A program made the position numbers and the translations under genes. Below, piece after piece: positions 60,306 through 64,000 of a stretch of 64,000 nt of DNA. Source of the stretch: Candidatus Spongiisociaceae bacterium. GTDB lineage: Bacteria > Actinomycetota > Acidimicrobiia > Spongiisociales > Spongiisociaceae. The DNA is taken from NCBI GenBank assembly GCA_965219685.1, contig CBDCOH010000002.1:448001-512000 (forward strand), given 5' to 3'. Below the pieces are notes generated by a model. That model worked only from the letters and a program-made list of their open reading frames with translations. It ran no database searches and was not told where the DNA came from. Within the stretch, counting starts at the first letter, position 1; every line of letters begins with the position of its first letter.

Positions 60306-60658
60306 TGCGCGAGCTGTTCCGGGCCCTGCTGTCGCAGAATCTCCTGTTCACGGGGATCGTGCTCACCCTCGCCGCCGTCCTGGTGTTCTTCGGCAGCGTC
60401 TACCTGCTGCAGTACACCAACCTCGGCAAGCGGCTGGCGATCCTCGTATCCGGGGCAGGCATCTTCGGATGGACCACGATCAACTCGATCCTGTTCGTCC
60501 TCTACGCACCCCGAGGACCCCGCCCGGTGGATTTCGAAGGCTTGAACGCATTCGAGATCAGGATCATCCCGGGCGCCTTCACGGCCGCCTCGGCGATCCT
60601 CTTCACGATGTTCCTGGTAGCACTCCACCGCTACGAGAGGGACCAGGAACGCGAATAG
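60305..60658 (+). CDS. Small hypothetical membrane protein (about 3 TM)
   Basis: Hydrophobic ORF coupled to the cytochrome c stop. Confidence 0.65.
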   Translation: MRELFRALLSQNLLFTGIVLTLAAVLVFFGSVYLLQYTNLGKRLAILVSGAGIFGWTTINSILFVLYAPRGPRPVDFEGLNAFEIRIIPGAFTAASAILFTMFLVALHRYERDQERE

Positions 60659-60708
60659 TGGCTGGTGGCTGGCCTGTATTGCGCTAGCGAACCACTAACT
60701 ATCAATAA

Positions 60709-61329
60709 CTAGCCACCAGATAAGTAGAAGCTGAGGATCTGGAGTTCGGTGGCGAGGTCGACCTGCCTGAGGTGGGTTCCGTCGGGAACGGTGAGGACGG
60801 CCGGAGCGAAGTTCAGGATCGAGGGTACGCCGGCTTCCGCTAGGAGGGTGGCCACTCCTTGGGCGACGCTGGCGGGGGTTGCGATGATGGCAACCGCGAT
60901 CTCGGTGGATTTGGCATCCTCGGAGAGGGCGGAGATGCACCGGACGCCGATCCCGCCCACCCGTCTCCCGATCTTGGCAGGGTCGGCGTCGTAGAGGCCG
61001 ACGATCCGGAAGCCCCGCTGGCCGAACCCGCCGTAGTTGGCCAGGGCCGAACCGAGGTTTCCCACGCCGACCACCACCACCGCCCGGTCTTCAGTGAGTC
61101 CGAGGGCCCGGCGGATGCGGGCGGACAGTTCGTCGACCTGATATCCGACGCCCCTGATCCCGAAGGACCCGAGGAACGAGAGGTCCTTCCTCACCCCGGC
61201 AGCGTTGAGGTTGCTGATGCGGGCCAGCTGCTTGGAGGAGATGGTCGTCTGGGACGGCGCGAGTTGTTCGAGGCACCGTAGGTAGCGGGGCAAACGCTCG
61301 ACGGTCGCAGCTGGCAGCGCCGGTTTCAT
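60709..61329 (-). CDS. rex: Redox-sensing transcriptional repressor Rex
   Basis: T.ERLP.Y.R, ISS..LA, VRKDLS..G.FG.RGVGY, GVGNLG.AL, ILNFAP; start at ATG 61329. Confidence 0.95.
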   Translation of the reverse strand: MKPALPAATVERLPRYLRCLEQLAPSQTTISSKQLARISNLNAAGVRKDLSFLGSFGIRGVGYQVDELSARIRRALGLTEDRAVVVVGVGNLGSALANYGGFGQRGFRIVGLYDADPAKIGRRVGGIGVRCISALSEDAKSTEIAVAIIATPASVAQGVATLLAEAGVPSILNFAPAVLTVPDGTHLRQVDLATELQILSFYLSGG

Positions 61330-61453
61330 CCGCGGGAGGTTAACGTTCCCGCGGAGGCCCCGAATCACACGTACGGGGCCACCCGGGCTACGGCCGTCGT
61401 CAGGCATCGGCCGTTGGATTCAGCGATGTTCCGATCTTCTATTATCGCTTCTT

Positions 61454-62734
61454 GTGACGGCACCACAGGGCCCTCGTTCCGGGGAGACTGCAGACATCGA
61501 CGCCGGAGAGGTCGCTCCCTGGCATAGGGAGTCGGGCAGAGTCGTTCCGGACGTCGACTTTCCGGGCGGGTTCGGTTCTCACACCGGCAACATCGGGATC
61601 AAGGACCGGACCAGGGACGTGATGATCCTCTCCGCTCCAGAAGGCACCACCGCGGCCGGGGTCTTCACCAAGAGCCGGTTCTCGGGACCCAGCGTCACCA
61701 TCAGCCGCGACCATCTGGCCGACGGCAGGGCGCGGTCCGTGGTGATCCTCTCGAAGAACTCGAACGTGGCCACCGGCGCGGTGGGCGCGGCGAACGCCGA
61801 GGAGTTGGCGCGTCTGACCGCACAGGTGGTCGGTTGCGATCCGAGCGAGGTGATAGTGGCGTCGACCGGGGTCATCGGAGTGCGTTACCCGATGGACCGG
61901 ATCCGCCGCTACATGACCCGTCTCGCAGCCGACGGGGAGGCCTTCGGCGTGCCGGGGTCGGCCACCGGGGCGGCCACGGCGATCATGACCACCGACACTC
62001 ATGCCAAGGTGGCTGCGGCGAGTGCCGGTCCGGCGCGGGTGGTGGGGATCGCCAAGGGAGTGGGGATGATCGAGCCCGATATGGCGACCATGCTGGCGGT
62101 GGTCACGACCGACGCGGCAGTGGCCGCGGATGTGCTGGACGAGATGTTCCGCAGGGTGGTCGATCACACCTTCAACGCCCTCAGCATCGACACCGACACG
62201 TCCACGAGCGACATGGCGGTGATCCTGGCCTCCGCGGCGGCCGGCCCGGTCGACGAGGCGGAACTGGAGGAGGCGATCGGCGAGGTCTGCCTTGACCTGA
62301 CCCGGCAACTGGCTGCGGACGGGGAGGGCGCCGAGACCCTGATCGTGGTCACCGTGGAGGGCGCCCGCGACGACGCGCAGGCCAAGCGGGTGGCCAAGTC
62401 GATCGTGAACTCCCCGCTGGTCAAGACCGCCGTTCACGGCCGCGACCCCAACTGGGGCCGGGTGGCCATGGCGGTGGGCAAGTGCAACGACTCCGATATC
62501 GACCAGGACCGGGTGGTGATTCGCTTCGGCCCCACCGAGGTGTACCCGACGCCGGCGACTCCGGAGATGCTCCGCGAACTGGAGCGTTACCTGGCCGAGC
62601 CGGAGATCCTCATCCACGTGAGCCTCGGAATCACGCCAGGGGGCTCGGGCGCCGACGGTGGCGGCAGTTTCACGGTTTACGGCTGCGACCTGACCGACGG
62701 CTACGTCCGCATCAACGCCGACTACACGACGTAG
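61454..62734 (+). CDS. argJ: Ornithine acetyltransferase / N-acetylglutamate synthase
   Basis: STGVIG, IMTTDT, AKGVGMIEPDMATML, DTSTSD, DGEGA, PNWGR, INADYTT. Start uncertain. Confidence 0.93.
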   Translation: MTAPQGPRSGETADIDAGEVAPWHRESGRVVPDVDFPGGFGSHTGNIGIKDRTRDVMILSAPEGTTAAGVFTKSRFSGPSVTISRDHLADGRARSVVILSKNSNVATGAVGAANAEELARLTAQVVGCDPSEVIVASTGVIGVRYPMDRIRRYMTRLAADGEAFGVPGSATGAATAIMTTDTHAKVAAASAGPARVVGIAKGVGMIEPDMATMLAVVTTDAAVAADVLDEMFRRVVDHTFNALSIDTDTSTSDMAVILASAAAGPVDEAELEEAIGEVCLDLTRQLAADGEGAETLIVVTVEGARDDAQAKRVAKSIVNSPLVKTAVHGRDPNWGRVAMAVGKCNDSDIDQDRVVIRFGPTEVYPTPATPEMLRELERYLAEPEILIHVSLGITPGGSGADGGGSFTVYGCDLTDGYVRINADYTT

Positions 62735-62773
62735 TTGGTAGTTGGTAGTTGGTAGTTGGTAGTTGGTAGTTGG
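62732..62773 (+). repeat. Heptamer tandem repeat (TAGTTGG)x6
   Basis: Six perfect copies; the first TAG is the argJ stop codon. Confidence 0.97.
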
Positions 62774-62858
62774 TCTCTGATAGTTGTAATAGATAGGTAG
62801 CGTTAGATTCAGGTCGTAAGCCGGTCTTGATAGCGCTGTGCAAGGGCAGCGTCGCGCC

Positions 62859-64000
62859 GGGGCTCGAGTGGGTTGCCGACCTGCGGAGGTCGATTGGTGC
62901 GGGCTGGCCCGGTTCAGGGTGGGGCGCGGTTGGTGGGTGTGTGTATCGCTTTGAGTACGGCGTGGATGTGGGGGTCGGGTTCGGGTGGCTGGTGGCTGCA
63001 GGTTCGTGTTCTTGGTGGGATGAGCCGTCGGCGTCGGGGTGGGGATTGGGGGTCTATGCGCATGCCGCGGCGGTGTACGGCGACGTGGTGGTGCCACCAG
63101 CACAGCGTGGTGAGGTTTTCGGCTGTGTTGGTGCCGCCTTGGGATCGGGGGGTGATGTGGTGTGCTTCGAGGCGGTAGGTGGAGGTGCATCCGTCGATGG
63201 TGCATCCGTCGTCGCGGGCGAGGACGGCTCGGCGCAGGGATGGGCGCATCGAGGTGGTGGTTCCGTGGTGGAGGATGTTCTGCCCGGCGACGGTGATGAT
63301 CTCGGTGGTGCCGACGCATTGGATGAGGTCTACGCTGTCGGGTCCTACCCTGGCTCCGGCAAGGATGGCTGCTCCTTGTTCGTTGCCGGACGTCTCGGAG
63401 AGGGGCTGGTTCGCGACGATCATGAGCGCGGGTTCGCGTCTGCGGCGGGCCGCCCGGAAGCGTTCCGCGGTGGTGGCGGGTTGGGGGGTGCGGTCTAGTT
63501 CGTCTTGGCATAGAGTGGTTAGAGCGAGGGCTCGTCTCTGTGCAGCGTTGGGACGGGTTTCGCCTGCGGGTACCAGATTCTCGCCTCTTCGGTCCAAGCC
63601 TTGGCGGCATATGTCTGCTTCGAGGGCGCCGAGCCGCCCGTTCACCTGCACGTGGCTGCCGTCCAAGGAAGGCTGCAACATCAGGTATTGGCCTTCGAAC
63701 ACTGCCCGTTCGTCGTGGCGGCTCATCTTGCGATGGGACTGGAGTACCCGTTTGACGGCTTCGAGGTCCAGGTCCCGGCTGGCTTCGATCACCTCCATCG
63801 AGGCGCCCGCCTCGGCCAGGCGCTCCTCGGCCAGTGCACGCTCGTAGGAGACAGCACCTGCGCGGATCGCCTCGATCTGGTGATCCGCCAACCGCCCGGC
63901 CAGATAGACCAGGTCGCGGGCTGTGGAGCGGCGCACATCGAGGCGGGAGGCGACCATCTCTGTGGGGTTGCGGTACCCCAACCGGGCCGCCGCGCCCCGC
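62859..64000 (-). mobile_element. Putative DUF222-HNH dispersed element, copy 2 (partial)
   Basis: Similarity to copy 1 extends past the stop codon to GAGCCCC. Confidence 0.55.
62914..64000 (-). CDS. DUF222/REP13E12-like HNH endonuclease, copy 2 (5' end outside the window)
   Basis: Protein nearly identical to 20643-22001 over the shared region, with the same HNH motif. Confidence 0.88.
   Translation of the reverse strand, partial: RGAAARLGYRNPTEMVASRLDVRRSTARDLVYLAGRLADHQIEAIRAGAVSYERALAEERLAEAGASMEVIEASRDLDLEAVKRVLQSHRKMSRHDERAVFEGQYLMLQPSLDGSHVQVNGRLGALEADICRQGLDRRGENLVPAGETRPNAAQRRALALTTLCQDELDRTPQPATTAERFRAARRRREPALMIVANQPLSETSGNEQGAAILAGARVGPDSVDLIQCVGTTEIITVAGQNILHHGTTTSMRPSLRRAVLARDDGCTIDGCTSTYRLEAHHITPRSQGGTNTAENLTTLCWWHHHVAVHRRGMRIDPQSPPRRRRLIPPRTRTCSHQPPEPDPHIHAVLKAIHTPTNRAPP

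Noticed and set aside
61450-61470. Rex operator near TTGTGACGGCACCACAG
   Set aside because: Spacing and right half do not fit TTGTGAA-N4-TTCACAA. I also found no convincing Rex box between the respiratory operons (only a TCGGAAT-G-ATTCCGA palindrome at 54866-54880).
61442-63610. 722-aa minus-strand ORF
   Set aside because: Off-frame of the HNH gene, runs through the heptamer repeat and antisense to argJ; low-complexity Pro/Arg/His translation.

Overview
A gene-dense, high-GC chromosomal segment. mshA, a YbjN-like gene, guaB1, rex, DUF222-HNH genes and an actinobacterial SOS box point to an actinobacterium; class Acidimicrobiia is my inference. (1) 1-16 kb is a methylated-amine (betaine/dimethylglycine-type) catabolism island: two GcvT-family flavoenzymes, ETF, a Rieske oxygenase, and a B12-dependent methyltransferase module (corrinoid protein, DUF1638, pterin-binding methyltransferase, RACo activator, MttB-family enzyme, MetF). 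(2) 16-42 kb is mixed housekeeping and accessory genes: pabB fusion, Fic, nrdJ, guaB1, cutA, M23 peptidase, mshA, pyc, a Clp1-like kinase. (3) 42-50 kb is a mannitol PTS locus. (4) 51-61 kb is a divergent respiratory locus followed by rex. One arm is a cbb3-like operon whose subunit I lacks all six canonical metal-ligand histidines; the other is a ferredoxin + split cytochrome b6/subunit IV + Rieske + diheme cytochrome c operon. (5) argJ, and two closely related DUF222-HNH elements (20.6 kb and the right edge). Most notable: one short N-terminal module (PEHL..R.A.A.A.A.G....VL) shared by three respiratory subunits across the two operons; the metal-less CcoN homologue; about ten 7-bp-periodic, stop-codon-rich tandem arrays, mostly starting at gene stop codons; a ubiquitin-like MoaD domain fused through its GG to a membrane protein; and a DNA-damage-type promoter on the HNH element. 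I found no rRNA, tRNA or CRISPR array. All calls come from reading motifs by eye; no database search was run.
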